Below are positions 1 through 10,487 of a stretch of 64,000 nt of DNA, in pieces (within the stretch, counting starts at the first letter, position 1; the number at the start of each line of letters is the position of its first letter). The notes beneath the pieces are model-generated. The model was not told where the DNA came from and made no database searches. It was given only the letters and a program-made list of their open reading frames with translations. The translations under genes and the position numbers were made by a program. This stretch comes from an uncultured Ectothiorhodospiraceae bacterium (GTDB lineage: Bacteria > Pseudomonadota > Gammaproteobacteria > CAMYNG01), in assembly GCA_947259765.1 (NCBI GenBank), contig CAMYNG010000001.1, positions 30,219-94,218 on the forward strand. Direction: 5' to 3'.

Positions 1-1
1 G

Positions 2-2296
2 TATGGTGCCGCCGTGATTGTTATGGCGTTTGATGAAACCGGTCAGGCCGATACCGAGGCACGTAAGGTCGAAATTTGCACACGCGCTTATAAAATTCTT
101 ACCGAACAAGTGGGATTCCCGCCGGAAGATATTATTTTCGACCCTAATATTTTTGCCGTAGCCACTGGTATCGAGGAGCACGCCAACTATGGTGTGGACT
201 TTATCGAAGCTACGCGCAAGATAAAAAATACGTTGCCTCACGCGCTAATATCAGGTGGCGTCAGTAATGTATCGTTTTCGTTCCGTGGTAACAATCCAGT
301 GCGCGAGGCCATCCACTCGGTATTCCTCTACCACGCCATTAAGGCGGGAATGGACATGGGTATAGTCAATGCCGGGCAGTTGGCAGTGTATGACGACCTC
401 CCCGATGAGCTGCGCGAATGTGTCGAAGACGTGGTGATGAATCGCCGCGAGGATTCCACTGAACGCCTTTTGGACATTGCCGGAAAATACAAAGGCGAGG
501 CGCACGCAGAGAAAAAGGAAGATCTCGAGTGGCGCAGTTGGGATGTGGCAAAACGTCTGGAACACGCACTGGTTAAGGGTGTCGATGCATTTGTGGTCGA
601 AGATACCGAAGAAGCTCGTCAGCATTTCGATCGGCCCATCCAGGTTATCGAAGGACCGCTAATGGATGGTATGAATACCGTTGGCGATTTGTTCGGCGAC
701 GGTAAAATGTTCCTGCCGCAGGTGGTCAAATCGGCGCGTGTGATGAAAAAAGCTGTCGCCTATCTCATTCCCTATATTGAGGCGGAAAAAGCAGGAGACT
801 CAAGAAGCAACGGTAAGATCCTCATGGCCACGGTGAAAGGCGACGTCCACGATATCGGCAAAAACATAGTGGGTGTTGTACTGCAGTGTAATAATTTTGA
901 GGTTATCGACATGGGAGTGATGGTGCCGGCAAACCAAATACTCGACAAAGCAAGAGAGGAGAATGTTGACATTGTTGGTTTATCCGGCTTAATCACTCCG
1001 TCATTAGAGGAAATGGTGCATGTTGCCAAGGAAATGCAGCGGTTGGAATTTGATGTGCCGTTATTGATCGGCGGGGCCACCACGTCCAAGGCACATACTG
1101 CGGTGAAGATCGAACAAAATTATCAACAGCCTACGGTATGGGTCAAGGACGCGTCGCGTGCGGTCGGTGTGGCACAAAATCTTATAAGTGAGGAATTTCG
1201 TGAAGGATTTGTGGACGACTTGCGAGCTGAATATGAAAAGGTTCGGGATGCCCATTTGGGTAAACAGAAACGTATCAAGTTCCTGACACAGCAGGCCGCA
1301 CGCGCCAACAAAATGAAAATCGATTGGGAAAACTACTCGCCGCCCGTGCCCAACGATTTAGGTATTCAGGTCTTTGATGATATGCCTTTGGAGTTTTTGC
1401 TGCCTTACATCGACTGGACGCCGTTTTTCCACACGTGGGAACTCAAAGGTAGTTTTCCAAAAATTTTCAATGATCCTGATAAGGGCCGTGAGGCGGAGAA
1501 ACTTTTCGAAGATGCCATCACCCTACTTGCGCAAGTGATTGATGAAAAATGGCTCAAGGCACGTGGCGTGGTAGGTATTTTTCCCGCCAGCCAGGTGAAC
1601 GATGACGACATTGAAGTTTTTGTCGACGAAAACCGCCAGCAATTGCTGACAACCCTGCATCATTTACGCCAGCAAACCGAGCGCCCGCCGGGTAAGCCAA
1701 ACCGTTGTCTTGCTGACTTTGTGGCACCCAAGGCAACGGGCCTGAAGGATTACATTGGCGGTTTTGCGGTAACCGCGGGCATTGGTATAGAGGAACATGT
1801 TAAGCGCTTCGAGGAAGAGCATGATGATTATCACGCGATTATGCTCAAGGCGTTAGCGGACAGGCTTGCAGAGGCTTTTGCTGAGCACATGCATGACCGC
1901 ATTCGGCATATCAATTGGGGTTTCGAGTCCAACGGCTGGACACCGGATTACGGCCTGACCAATACCGGCTTTGACAACGATGTGTTGGTGCGGGAGCAGT
2001 ACACCGGCATTCGGCCTGCTCCGGGATATCCGGCCTGCCCGGACCACACCGAGAAACCCCTGTTGTGGGAGCTACTCGATGCCGAACTAAACAGTGGCGT
2101 GGAATTGACCGAGTCTTTTGCCATGTACCCGGCCGCTTCGGTATCAGGTTGGTACTTCAGTCATCCTGATTCGACATACTTCGGTGTTGGCAAGATCAAC
2201 AAGGATCAGGTGGAGGACTATGCCCGGCGGAAGGGTATGAGCTTGACAGACGTCGAGCGCTGGCTGGCACCAAATCTCGGCTACAATTCAGATTAG
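2..2296 (+). CDS. metH: Cobalamin-dependent methionine synthase MetH, 5'-truncated by the window edge (end of pterin-binding, B12-cap/B12-binding and AdoMet-activation domains)
   Basis: The frame is open from nt 2 ([17 protein letters not shown]...). The translation is collinear with the E. coli MetH C-terminal ~760 aa. It has the B12 motif [19 protein letters not shown], then [15 protein letters not shown], and ends RWLAPNLGY. Confidence 0.97.
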   Translation, partial: YGAAVIVMAFDETGQADTEARKVEICTRAYKILTEQVGFPPEDIIFDPNIFAVATGIEEHANYGVDFIEATRKIKNTLPHALISGGVSNVSFSFRGNNPVREAIHSVFLYHAIKAGMDMGIVNAGQLAVYDDLPDELRECVEDVVMNRREDSTERLLDIAGKYKGEAHAEKKEDLEWRSWDVAKRLEHALVKGVDAFVVEDTEEARQHFDRPIQVIEGPLMDGMNTVGDLFGDGKMFLPQVVKSARVMKKAVAYLIPYIEAEKAGDSRSNGKILMATVKGDVHDIGKNIVGVVLQCNNFEVIDMGVMVPANQILDKAREENVDIVGLSGLITPSLEEMVHVAKEMQRLEFDVPLLIGGATTSKAHTAVKIEQNYQQPTVWVKDASRAVGVAQNLISEEFREGFVDDLRAEYEKVRDAHLGKQKRIKFLTQQAARANKMKIDWENYSPPVPNDLGIQVFDDMPLEFLLPYIDWTPFFHTWELKGSFPKIFNDPDKGREAEKLFEDAITLLAQVIDEKWLKARGVVGIFPASQVNDDDIEVFVDENRQQLLTTLHHLRQQTERPPGKPNRCLADFVAPKATGLKDYIGGFAVTAGIGIEEHVKRFEEEHDDYHAIMLKALADRLAEAFAEHMHDRIRHINWGFESNGWTPDYGLTNTGFDNDVLVREQYTGIRPAPGYPACPDHTEKPLLWELLDAELNSGVELTESFAMYPAASVSGWYFSHPDSTYFGVGKINKDQVEDYARRKGMSLTDVERWLAPNLGYNSD

Positions 2297-2349
2297 CTGC
2301 TTTGGTTGCCAGATCCTAAATGACTGTGAATTTGTTCAGGAGTTTTCCG

Positions 2350-2898
2350 ATGTCACCTTATTTGAAGTCTAGTTTAAACGTTACGTTTTTGACGTTGTCC
2401 CTTGCCATCACAAGCTGTGCAGGATGGAATCCCAACCAGCCCGCCGAAGCAAAAAGTAAAAGCCAGGAAACCGTTGCAGCCTTCAAGAAGCGTGATTCCA
2501 GCATGCAGGCGTTTTTCAATAAGGCTTATGGGTATGCAGTTTTTCCGACTGTTGGTAAAGGCGCTATGGGAATCGGTGGCGCACACGGCCAGGGGAGCGT
2601 GTTTCGCCGCGGAAACATGACTGGTTCTACTACGCTCACTCAGGTTACGGTGGGATTTCAACTTGGCGGACAGGCATATAGTCAAATTATTTTTTTCAAG
2701 GATAAGCCAAGTTTTCAAAACTTTAAAAATGGTAACCTTAAATTCTCTGCGCAAGCGACTGCAGTTGCCGCAACGGCCGGCGCCGCAGCGACAGCCGACT
2801 ATGAAAATGGCGTAGCCGTATTTACGATGATTAAAGGCGGCTTGATGTACGAAGCCTCAATCGGCGGGCAGGGGTTTAGCTACACGCCCCTAAACTAG
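2350..2898 (+). CDS. SYLF/Ysc84-like (DUF500) lipoprotein
   Basis: AGGAG lies 7 nt upstream of the ATG at 2350; an alternative ATG is at 2320. The signal peptide ends in the lipobox-like LAITSC. Gly-rich SYLF-type repeats are present (GKGAMGIGGAHGQGSVF, GFQLGGQAYSQIIFF, EASIGGQGFSY). Confidence 0.8.
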   Translation: MSPYLKSSLNVTFLTLSLAITSCAGWNPNQPAEAKSKSQETVAAFKKRDSSMQAFFNKAYGYAVFPTVGKGAMGIGGAHGQGSVFRRGNMTGSTTLTQVTVGFQLGGQAYSQIIFFKDKPSFQNFKNGNLKFSAQATAVAATAGAAATADYENGVAVFTMIKGGLMYEASIGGQGFSYTPLN

Positions 2899-2940
2899 AC
2901 CACGAAAAATCAATCGCTCTTATCCTGGCGTGGAGCGCAA

Positions 2941-3519
2941 TTGAAAGCAGCAACCAACAGCCATCAGCTTGTACTTCGGTGCGATTCGGCCTTCGGCTGG
3001 GCGCGAGTCGACTGGGCGTCACACATACCTCTCGGCCGCTATACGCATATTGAAACAATTTTTGAATCGGAAGCCGTTGTACCCGTTTCGCCGGGTTGTT
3101 CATTCTTTGAAATTTATCAGCGGGCATGTGAACGGGCACAAGCGATAAACGCGCCTCTACTGGCCGAACAAAACACACAAAATTTGGCTGCTGGTTGGCT
3201 ACCGGTGCCAATGGACCTCAATGATCCAGCCGTAGACACGACTGCTGATAGTGTTGGTCTCTATCACGCAACTGCGGCGCAGTCCTTGTACCGGCTAAGT
3301 GGAAACATTGTCGAGGTATGGGCGGTAAGCGAACGTAACGCAGTTAGTCAAATAAGCGCTCGCTTTCCCGCAAAGCCGCTTGAACCACTAGAGTTTCAGG
3401 TTTGGAAGCTTCATCACCTGAAAAAGCTCGAACAATATCCTGGGGACTTGATACAGGGTGTGTTGGTTGTACAAGAGTCTGGTCTCTGGTTTCAACCGGA
3501 GCCGCAGGTCGATCCTTAA
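2941..3519 (+). CDS. Hypothetical protein
   Basis: A 192-codon ORF with a TTG start fills the gap between its neighbours. I recognise no motif and the start site is uncertain. Confidence 0.4.
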   Translation: MKAATNSHQLVLRCDSAFGWARVDWASHIPLGRYTHIETIFESEAVVPVSPGCSFFEIYQRACERAQAINAPLLAEQNTQNLAAGWLPVPMDLNDPAVDTTADSVGLYHATAAQSLYRLSGNIVEVWAVSERNAVSQISARFPAKPLEPLEFQVWKLHHLKKLEQYPGDLIQGVLVVQESGLWFQPEPQVDP

Positions 3520-3637
3520 AAACTACAATTTTTAGGCGTATTTCCCGCGACTTGAAATTGCGTGGGCAAGGCCCAATTATAAGGTATCCCGCCTCGGCGA
3601 TGCTTCACGCCATCACTCACGAATCCGGAGGTATTTA

Positions 3638-4495
3638 ATGTCATCTGGTGCTATTGTCAACAACGTCAAAGCCTATGAAATTACCGAGGGTGCCGGCGTC
3701 ACCGTTCACCGAACGATCGGCACACCCGCACTGCGTAATCTTGATCCTTTCGTCATGCTTGACCATTTCGGTAGTGACAATCCGAATGACTACATAGCTG
3801 GCTTTCCCGACCACCCGCACCGCGGTTTTATTACCTTCACCTATATGATCGATGGCCACATGGAACATCGGGACAGCATGGGAAACAAGGGAGACCTACG
3901 TTCTGGTGCAGCTCAGTGGATGAAGGCTGCCAGCGGCGTGATACATTCCGAAATGCCAAAGCAGGAAGACGGCTTAATGCGTGGTTTTCAGTTATGGATT
4001 AATTTGCCCGCTAACGAAAAAATGGCTGATCCGGAGTACCAGGAGTTTTCCCCTGAAGCGTTTCCTGTTTATGAAAGTGAGGGCCTGCGCGTCAAAGTAC
4101 TGATTGGCAGTTACGAAAACGTGAGTGGGCCAATTAGGGATTCAGTTACGGACGTAGAGTATTTTGACGTTACCTTGGATAAGGGAAAAACATTTAGCCA
4201 TATGCTTGAGATCGGCAAGCAGGAATTTCTGTACCTATTTGAAGGCGATGCCAGCTTAAATGGAACTGCTATTCCCGTACACAGCCTTTCGGTATTGGAG
4301 GGTAACAGGAAACCTGAAGTTACCGCAGAGAGCGACAGCGCACGGTTCATTTTGGTTTCCGGTCGACCCGTTGGTGAACCGATCGTGCAGTATGGCCCGT
4401 TTGTAATGAATTCCGAACAGGAAATTCAGCAGGCTATGGCCGACTATCGTGATGGTAATTTGGTGCAGAGAAAGGCAGCATTTATCGCGGACTGA
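3638..4495 (+). CDS. Pirin-family bicupin protein
   Basis: GGAGG lies upstream of the ATG. The N-terminal cupin metal motif HPHRGF is present, along with GFQLWINLP, and the ~285-aa size is typical of YhhW/pirin. Confidence 0.9.
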   Translation: MSSGAIVNNVKAYEITEGAGVTVHRTIGTPALRNLDPFVMLDHFGSDNPNDYIAGFPDHPHRGFITFTYMIDGHMEHRDSMGNKGDLRSGAAQWMKAASGVIHSEMPKQEDGLMRGFQLWINLPANEKMADPEYQEFSPEAFPVYESEGLRVKVLIGSYENVSGPIRDSVTDVEYFDVTLDKGKTFSHMLEIGKQEFLYLFEGDASLNGTAIPVHSLSVLEGNRKPEVTAESDSARFILVSGRPVGEPIVQYGPFVMNSEQEIQQAMADYRDGNLVQRKAAFIAD

Positions 4496-4977
4496 TTTGA
4501 ATTGAGTGACTTGGTTGTTGAACAGGCCGAAGACTACCGGTCGGCTCTCTTTATGAGCCTCGGTGGAGTTAATTCAACAACCCAAGGAATGTTTCCCTGT
4601 TTTTACTTGTTTTTCTGAGAACCGATCACGTTCTTCTTGGCCGCCTGCAAAACCGCGCCGTGTCAGTGCTCACTAGTGCCACTAATTTCTTATCTGACGG
4701 AGCAACTGACTCGCCGTCTACATCCATCAACCGATCTATGAAGCATCTTTCCCCTGTATTATCACCAGCCTGAGGTTACCTAACGCAGGAAAGGCATGTT
4801 TTCCAATGACTTGGCAATGGGATTCACGGCGTCGTTTATTCGATTGGGCGAAAGAAAAACGATTAATCGTTGGGCTTCCATTATAACTTTTGTGCCATTT
4901 TGAGCTGAACTGTACTCCGTAACGCCGTTTCGAAAAATATTCATCTAGAGTATATGACAAGGCCTAGGAGGACGATC

Positions 4978-5898
4978 ATGAACATACGGATCCAGCAGTC
5001 TTTATTCCCCATTTTTCTTCTGGTTTTAACATTCGCTCCGCTGCATTTACTTTTTGCAGAAGAAGTGAAGGAAAAATTCAATGGGCTGACCCTGAACGCC
5101 CAACTCGAACTGGCCGATGGAAAGCAAATCAGTGACGGAATTGTGTTGATTGCCCATGCATTGATCCAGCATAACCGAATGGAAGTCATCCAGACTACTC
5201 AGCAGTTGCTCAAGGAGCAGGGCTTCAGTTCCCTGGCACCGAACTACAGTCTTGCTCTCGACGATCGGCACGGCCCCTATGATTGCATGCACCCTCACCA
5301 GTATACCCGGGAGGCGTCAATTAACGAGTTGGGATTCTGGCTGGCCTGGTTGAAAAAAAAGGGTGCCAAGTCGGTCGTGTTTGCCGGCCACTCCACCGGA
5401 GCCAACGAAGTTGCGACCTATGTGGGCACGCATTCCGATCCGGCCGTGTCCCGAGTCATCATGATCACACCGTCAACCGTGGATCATTCCTCATATACAC
5501 CGGCCGGTTACCGTTCCCGCTATAACAAGGATGTTAACGAGATCATGGCGCATGCGAACAAGTTGGTGGATAGCGGGCGCGGCGATGAAATCATGAAGAA
5601 TACTGACTTTCTGTTCTGTCCGGGAGCCCCGGTTAGCGCGGAAACCTTTGTGTCTTACTACGGTTCCGGGGCGAGCCTTCGCTTACTTCCGATTCAGTTA
5701 AAGGGACTCTCGGTTCCCACTCTTATCATTGGCGCAACCGAGGACAGGATTGCGCCCAATATGCTGGCGATCATTAAACCCTATGTGGACAACAAGCGGA
5801 TCAAGCTGGTGACCATTGACGGGGCGGGTCACTTCATGCGCGATCTGTTTCTGGAAGAGGCGGTGGACGCTATGGTTGAATTTCTGTCCGAGAGCTGA
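4978..5898 (+). CDS. Secreted alpha/beta-fold hydrolase
   Basis: AGGAGGA lies 5 nt upstream of the ATG at 4978; the ORF is open from 4954. It has an N-terminal signal-like segment, the nucleophile elbow GHSTGA, and a C-terminal DGAGHF motif. Confidence 0.8.
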   Translation: MNIRIQQSLFPIFLLVLTFAPLHLLFAEEVKEKFNGLTLNAQLELADGKQISDGIVLIAHALIQHNRMEVIQTTQQLLKEQGFSSLAPNYSLALDDRHGPYDCMHPHQYTREASINELGFWLAWLKKKGAKSVVFAGHSTGANEVATYVGTHSDPAVSRVIMITPSTVDHSSYTPAGYRSRYNKDVNEIMAHANKLVDSGRGDEIMKNTDFLFCPGAPVSAETFVSYYGSGASLRLLPIQLKGLSVPTLIIGATEDRIAPNMLAIIKPYVDNKRIKLVTIDGAGHFMRDLFLEEAVDAMVEFLSES

Positions 5899-5917
5899 GT
5901 GGCAGGATAATCCGCGA

Positions 5918-7276
5918 TCACCAGTTCGGCAGTCCCGCTGCACGCAGGCCGACGCTGACTCGTTCGAGATCTGCATCGTATTGATACGGCCAGCGGTCCC
6001 ATGGATCGTTGGGAGTGGAGGCGGAAACTGTTTGTTGCCGAAGTTCGTGGCGCAAGCTGTTTACTGCAGCGATAGCCTTGTTTGCCTGTTGCTTTTTGCC
6101 AAGGTGGCCATAACTGGCGATCAGCAGGACGTAGGGAATATAGCTGTTTGTGTTATGCCGTTTCGCCTGCTCCAATGCCAACGCGGCCTCGTCGTAGTTT
6201 TCCCGGCTGAATGCCACGCGGCCCTGGGCAAGCAGGAGTGATGCGGAATAGTCCGGGTCGATTCGCATCGCCTTTTGAACGTGCTTTGCTGCTTCTTCTG
6301 CTCGACCGGCGAACGTAAGCGCGTTGGCAAGTGCGACATGCCCGGCCGGATCGTTTGCATTCAGTTCGACTGCTTTCTCCGCTTCCCGGATCGCTTCATC
6401 AAACCGGCGATTGGTAGATAACATTTCGGACGCAATTTGGTGTGCAAGGGGTGTGGGTCGTATCGCGGACTTATCCAGAAACGATTGAGCGTTTCTCCAG
6501 GCCTGCAACCTTGGCGTCATGCCAAGGCGGTGATGCCAATGGCGTTGCCAGGCGCGCCAGTAGACTGCCGCCAGTGCCGCATAGGCTCGGCCAAACTCCG
6601 GGTCCAGTAGTATGGCCCGCTGAAAATGGACCATTGAAATTGAAAAATCCTCCGGCGTGTGGCGACGATAGTGCGTCCAGCCTTTCAGAAACGCATCCTC
6701 GGCTTCGGGGTCGGTGGTTTCCACCTGCGTTACATGGGGCTCCAACGGCAGTGGACGTGGTTCAGAAAAAACAAACCAGGCGCCCATCCCGATCACCACA
6801 ATCAGCAGCAACGTTCCCGCTGTGAGTCCGATAATTAACGGTCTTGGTCGAGGCGAGGTAGGTGGCCGGGCCTTATTGCCTGTACCCACCTGCCCGGTGG
6901 TTGCGTTGTTCTGGGGTTCGCGAACGTGATCAACTTGCCGGGCATCGGCGATTAGTCGATAGCCACGTTTGGATACGGTCTCAATGACCCGTGGATGGCG
7001 GGCATCATCCTGAAAGGCCTTGCGCAGCTTGATGATTGCATTGGAAAGCGCGTCGTAGCCGACAACCATGTCTTGCCAGACAGACTCCTCCAGTTCTTCA
7101 CGCGACAACAACTTTCCCGGCCGCTGTGCAAAATAAATCAGCAGGTCCATGACCTTGGGCTCAAGCTTGGTCGAGCTATCGCCAAGTGTGATCCGGCACA
7201 GGCCGGGTTCTACACGACGGCCGTCAATCTCGAATTCAACTTCGGTGTCGCTAGCTGTCGGAGTGTGCTCGGTCAT
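5918..7276 (-). CDS. CadC/OmpR-type winged-helix transcriptional regulator with a transmembrane segment and C-terminal TPR repeats
   Basis: The N-terminus matches Trans_reg_C features (LLIYFAQRPGKLLSREELEESVWQD...VSKRGYRL). One hydrophobic helix follows (LIIGLTAGTLLLIVVIGMGAWFVF), then TPR-like repeats (AYAALAAVYW, GHVALANALTFAGRAEEA). Confidence 0.8.
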   Translation of the reverse strand: MTEHTPTASDTEVEFEIDGRRVEPGLCRITLGDSSTKLEPKVMDLLIYFAQRPGKLLSREELEESVWQDMVVGYDALSNAIIKLRKAFQDDARHPRVIETVSKRGYRLIADARQVDHVREPQNNATTGQVGTGNKARPPTSPRPRPLIIGLTAGTLLLIVVIGMGAWFVFSEPRPLPLEPHVTQVETTDPEAEDAFLKGWTHYRRHTPEDFSISMVHFQRAILLDPEFGRAYAALAAVYWRAWQRHWHHRLGMTPRLQAWRNAQSFLDKSAIRPTPLAHQIASEMLSTNRRFDEAIREAEKAVELNANDPAGHVALANALTFAGRAEEAAKHVQKAMRIDPDYSASLLLAQGRVAFSRENYDEAALALEQAKRHNTNSYIPYVLLIASYGHLGKKQQANKAIAAVNSLRHELRQQTVSASTPNDPWDRWPYQYDADLERVSVGLRAAGLPNW

Positions 7277-7610
7277 CTCAGTAGCGTATTAATAATAACC
7301 ACTCTTGGAAAACGGAAATTTCGTGAGTTTTATCACCCTATATTCTAGAAAAACGAAAGGACAATCGGGGCCAGTTTTCTTGTCCGGCACGCAGCCAATA
7401 CCGGAACTACGTGAGTAGCATGTTGATTTAAGGGCATTTTTTTTCGTCTTTTTTTCGACCATCTTTATCCTACCGTAAACATCCTTCGGGCGCGAAAACA
7501 TCGGAAAAGCTTCGGAGTTCCGCCGCAAAAACGGACGCGACCGAAACTATGGTTACGGTAAAGCAAAACGTGAAGTTATCACCAAATCCGGTTTGAGGGA
7601 GGAAGCACTC

Positions 7611-7964
7611 ATGAACAAGCAAGCAACATTTAATTGGCACTGTGTTCGTCTTGTTTTACCGTTTCTCGGTCTGTTTTGCAGCACTGCCATTGCCGGCGGA
7701 GAGCTGGCTTTACTTGAGGCACCCGAACGCTGGCAAATGAACCGGCTGTTTGAACCCCAAGCGGGCGATCTGACGCGGGAGGACAAGGGCCAGATTATCA
7801 TTTACGACGGCTTGCAGGACTCCACCGTGGACCGCGCGCTGGATCAGCATTTTGATCGCATTCAGAACATGATGTTTACCCGTGTTGTCGTCACCGGCGC
7901 TGACGGCTACCCTCTGCGAGACACGCACAGTGGGCAGGTCGTGGTCGAGGACGATGGCTGTTGA
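7611..7964 (+). CDS. Hypothetical secreted protein
   Basis: GAGGGAGG lies upstream of the ATG at 7611. A signal-peptide-like N-terminus ends in AIAGG. I recognise no domain. Confidence 0.5.
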   Translation: MNKQATFNWHCVRLVLPFLGLFCSTAIAGGELALLEAPERWQMNRLFEPQAGDLTREDKGQIIIYDGLQDSTVDRALDQHFDRIQNMMFTRVVVTGADGYPLRDTHSGQVVVEDDGC

Positions 7965-8055
7965 AAGGCGGAATCTGTATGTATCTTCAGAACACTCACT
8001 AGCATTAAATTTTTCGAGCGTGTGAGTGCTGCGCGATTGTGACTGGGAGTGTCGT

Positions 8056-8553
8056 TCAATTGAAAACCGGTGGACCGAAGCAGATGATTAGTTCGCTGTC
8101 GTTGCAAAAGTAGCAACACCATCCTCTATGACAGATGACCAAACATTGCCCCTCAATATCAATGTCAACAGGGCCGACAACGATATTGCGGAAAAATGCA
8201 CTTAGCTTTTTGGGGTAGGACTCCGCGTCTGCCACGGATGGGATGTTTTGTTGCGCTTTCTGGAAAAGTTTATCGAGTTGCGGCTCGGTGTGGCGGTCTT
8301 TGATGGTACCGCCCACGCCGGGTGAAACATGTATGCCCTCAACTACGCCTTTGCGAACTCTGGCAACAACCATTGCCTCGGTATGCACAACCCGAAAGGT
8401 GCCAATTTCAATATCAACATTGTCTTCCAGGGCGATCTCATCCGCGGCGAGATAGTGTACGACTTCAAGCGGTGTGAATCTCGGCCGGTATACCTGTACT
8501 TTGAACGGGAACTCAAACTCTGCAACGGGGGTGTCATGGTTGCGATTTTCCAT
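8056..8553 (-). CDS. Hypothetical protein with a cysteine-rich C-terminal tail
   Basis: The ORF is open to 8580; the internal ATG at 8553 has GGAG upstream. The C-terminus is GQCLVICHRGWCCYFCNDSELIICFGPP. I recognise no family. Confidence 0.5.
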   Translation of the reverse strand: MENRNHDTPVAEFEFPFKVQVYRPRFTPLEVVHYLAADEIALEDNVDIEIGTFRVVHTEAMVVARVRKGVVEGIHVSPGVGGTIKDRHTEPQLDKLFQKAQQNIPSVADAESYPKKLSAFFRNIVVGPVDIDIEGQCLVICHRGWCCYFCNDSELIICFGPPVFN

Positions 8554-8847
8554 ACGACAGACTCCAGCAACGCCATTCAAGAGATGGCAGTATTGTTGTT
8601 TCCCAGATGCTATCAGCTGAGAAAATTGGCCAATGTGAGAAAATCACGGAGGATTTGTGAATTATTCACGCTGGTGGATCCTTTGGCCGGGACAGTGATC
8701 TGAGCTAATGGAACCCGGAATGTCGCGGTTGAAAAAGTAAGCTTTATGCTGTTGGTCAACCGGAGCCCACCAAAGGTTGAGTCAATGTGCCTTTCTTGAC
8801 TACACTAATTCTATTGAGACAGGCAAAACGCCTAAAGGAGGCTCGCA

Positions 8848-9558
8848 ATGAACGGCTTTGATATCACTTGGGTTTGGGCATTTGGAATTCTCGGACTTGC
8901 CGCGGGCTTTGGCGTCGGCGTTTTTGTTGGTTACCGATTTTTGACCAATAAGCAGCGTACCGCTGAGCTGGAACTGGAGCTGGACGCCGCCAAAGCGGAG
9001 CGTCAGGACTACCAGCAGCACGTAACTGCGCATTTCGCCAAAACGGCGGAGTTGTTTCAGGATATGACGGCGAGTTATCGTGGTGTATATCAACACCTGG
9101 CCGAAGGCGCGAGCCAGCTATGCGATCAAACCTCGCAAGCTGCACGGCTCGATCCTTCCGACACGCTTGGACTGGGAGAGCCGCGGCCGGCTTCAAGCCC
9201 GGTAGCGCAAGAAGACGTCTCTGCTCAAGAAAATACTACCGAGCCGCCGGTAATGCACGCCGAGATAGCTTCACCCGACGCAACTTCCCCCGAGGAAACT
9301 TCCCCGGTCGAGGCTCGTCAGGAAAACGCGCCACCCGAAGAGTCCTCAATGGAACAGAGTTCCAGCAAGGAAGTATCTTCTCCGCAAACGCCAGCTCAAG
9401 AAACAGAGACTTCGTCGGCGGAATCGACCAAACCTCGTTTTCAGACTGAAGAACAAAAGCCTGAAACACAGGAACCCGTCGCGGCTCCGACCGCAGCCAA
9501 TGCTGCAAATGAGTTTGATTCCAGTCCGGACGAGGACGATAAGGCGGTTTTACACTGA
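8848..9558 (+). CDS. yhcB: YhcB/ZapG-family (DUF1043) inner-membrane protein with a long acidic Ser/Glu/Pro-rich tail
   Basis: AAAGGAGG lies upstream of the start. The N-terminal TM helix, coiled coil and HFAKTAELFQDMTASYRGVYQHLAEGA align to E. coli YhcB (HFARSAELLDTMAHDYRQLYQHMA). The last ~130 aa are low-complexity. Confidence 0.85.
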   Translation: MNGFDITWVWAFGILGLAAGFGVGVFVGYRFLTNKQRTAELELELDAAKAERQDYQQHVTAHFAKTAELFQDMTASYRGVYQHLAEGASQLCDQTSQAARLDPSDTLGLGEPRPASSPVAQEDVSAQENTTEPPVMHAEIASPDATSPEETSPVEARQENAPPEESSMEQSSSKEVSSPQTPAQETETSSAESTKPRFQTEEQKPETQEPVAAPTAANAANEFDSSPDEDDKAVLH

Positions 9559-9607
9559 GAGTTTCGTTATAAAGCGGTGGCCTAAATCCGTGCCTTGCGC
9601 TGTTTAA

Positions 9608-9931
9608 TCAACTGACTTCTGATTCCTGGGGCGGCATTTCGGAATCCGCGGGATCGATCAGGAACTGATGGTGACCCAACTTGATGACGTCACCAGGATG
9701 GACGGTATGTTTTTCCACGCGTTTACCGTTTACAAACGTCCCATTCGTGCTGCCCAGATCTTCAATATATGATGCGTTGAAAAAGGTTACGATTTTCGCG
9801 TGGTAGGCACTGACCCGTGTATCTTTAATAGGCAGGTCATTTTCAGATGCGCGGCCAATGAGAATCGCGCCGGGTTTGAGTTGTATGTGCGCCATTGGCA
9901 GTGGGGTGATGTTGGATTTTTGCTCACTCAT
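9608..9931 (-). CDS. Stand-alone FHA-domain protein
   Basis: FHA signature residues are present: GRASENDLPIKDTRVSAYHAKI...GSTNGTFVNGKRV...GDVIKLGHHQF. Confidence 0.85.
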   Translation of the reverse strand: MSEQKSNITPLPMAHIQLKPGAILIGRASENDLPIKDTRVSAYHAKIVTFFNASYIEDLGSTNGTFVNGKRVEKHTVHPGDVIKLGHHQFLIDPADSEMPPQESEVS

Positions 9932-10487
9932 TTCATTAATCGCTCACTAAGATCGTCAAAACCCTCGCTCCGCAGGGTAAACGTCTATTACCAATATGCC
10001 TAGTTTATGTCGACCGGGTCACAACTAGAATAGGCCAATCGCGTTAGTTCGTACGACCCGCGCACGAAATCCGATCCGCTTGCCGTCTAAGTTATTGATA
10101 TAGCGTTCGCCTGGACGGCTCGTGTCTAAATAACATCTCGATTTATAGGTATTTTTAGGCGCCCGCTTGAATGAAGATAATTTTTATCGCAGTGCAAGTG
10201 TCAGGTACTGTCGATTCCTAGACTTGGCTTGGGAAGTGAATTAATGGTTTGCATGCAGTCACCGCGACGCGTTTCCATTTTTGTCATTTTCGTTACAAAT
10301 TTTGCGAACAATAAATGCCAAGCCCCGTCACCTGACAAGATGAAATCTGAGTTGTAAAAGTGAATGCTTGCTGGGAGTGCTTATGTAACTTAGTTCAATT
10401 CGGCTATTGAATTGAAACGGCGGCCTCGGCCAGAATGGACGCCCTTATCGGAATGAATAAAAAAAATACGCTTTCGCGTCAGGGACT

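Noticed and set aside
9932-10487. I scanned the long FHA/hydrolase intergenic region for riboswitch, sigma54 or sRNA signatures. It includes the inverted repeat ttcaatt-N9-aattgaa at 10394-10416.
   Set aside because: I found no match to any RNA family or to TGGCAC-N5-TTGC. The 7-bp AT-rich inverted repeat is too weak to call.
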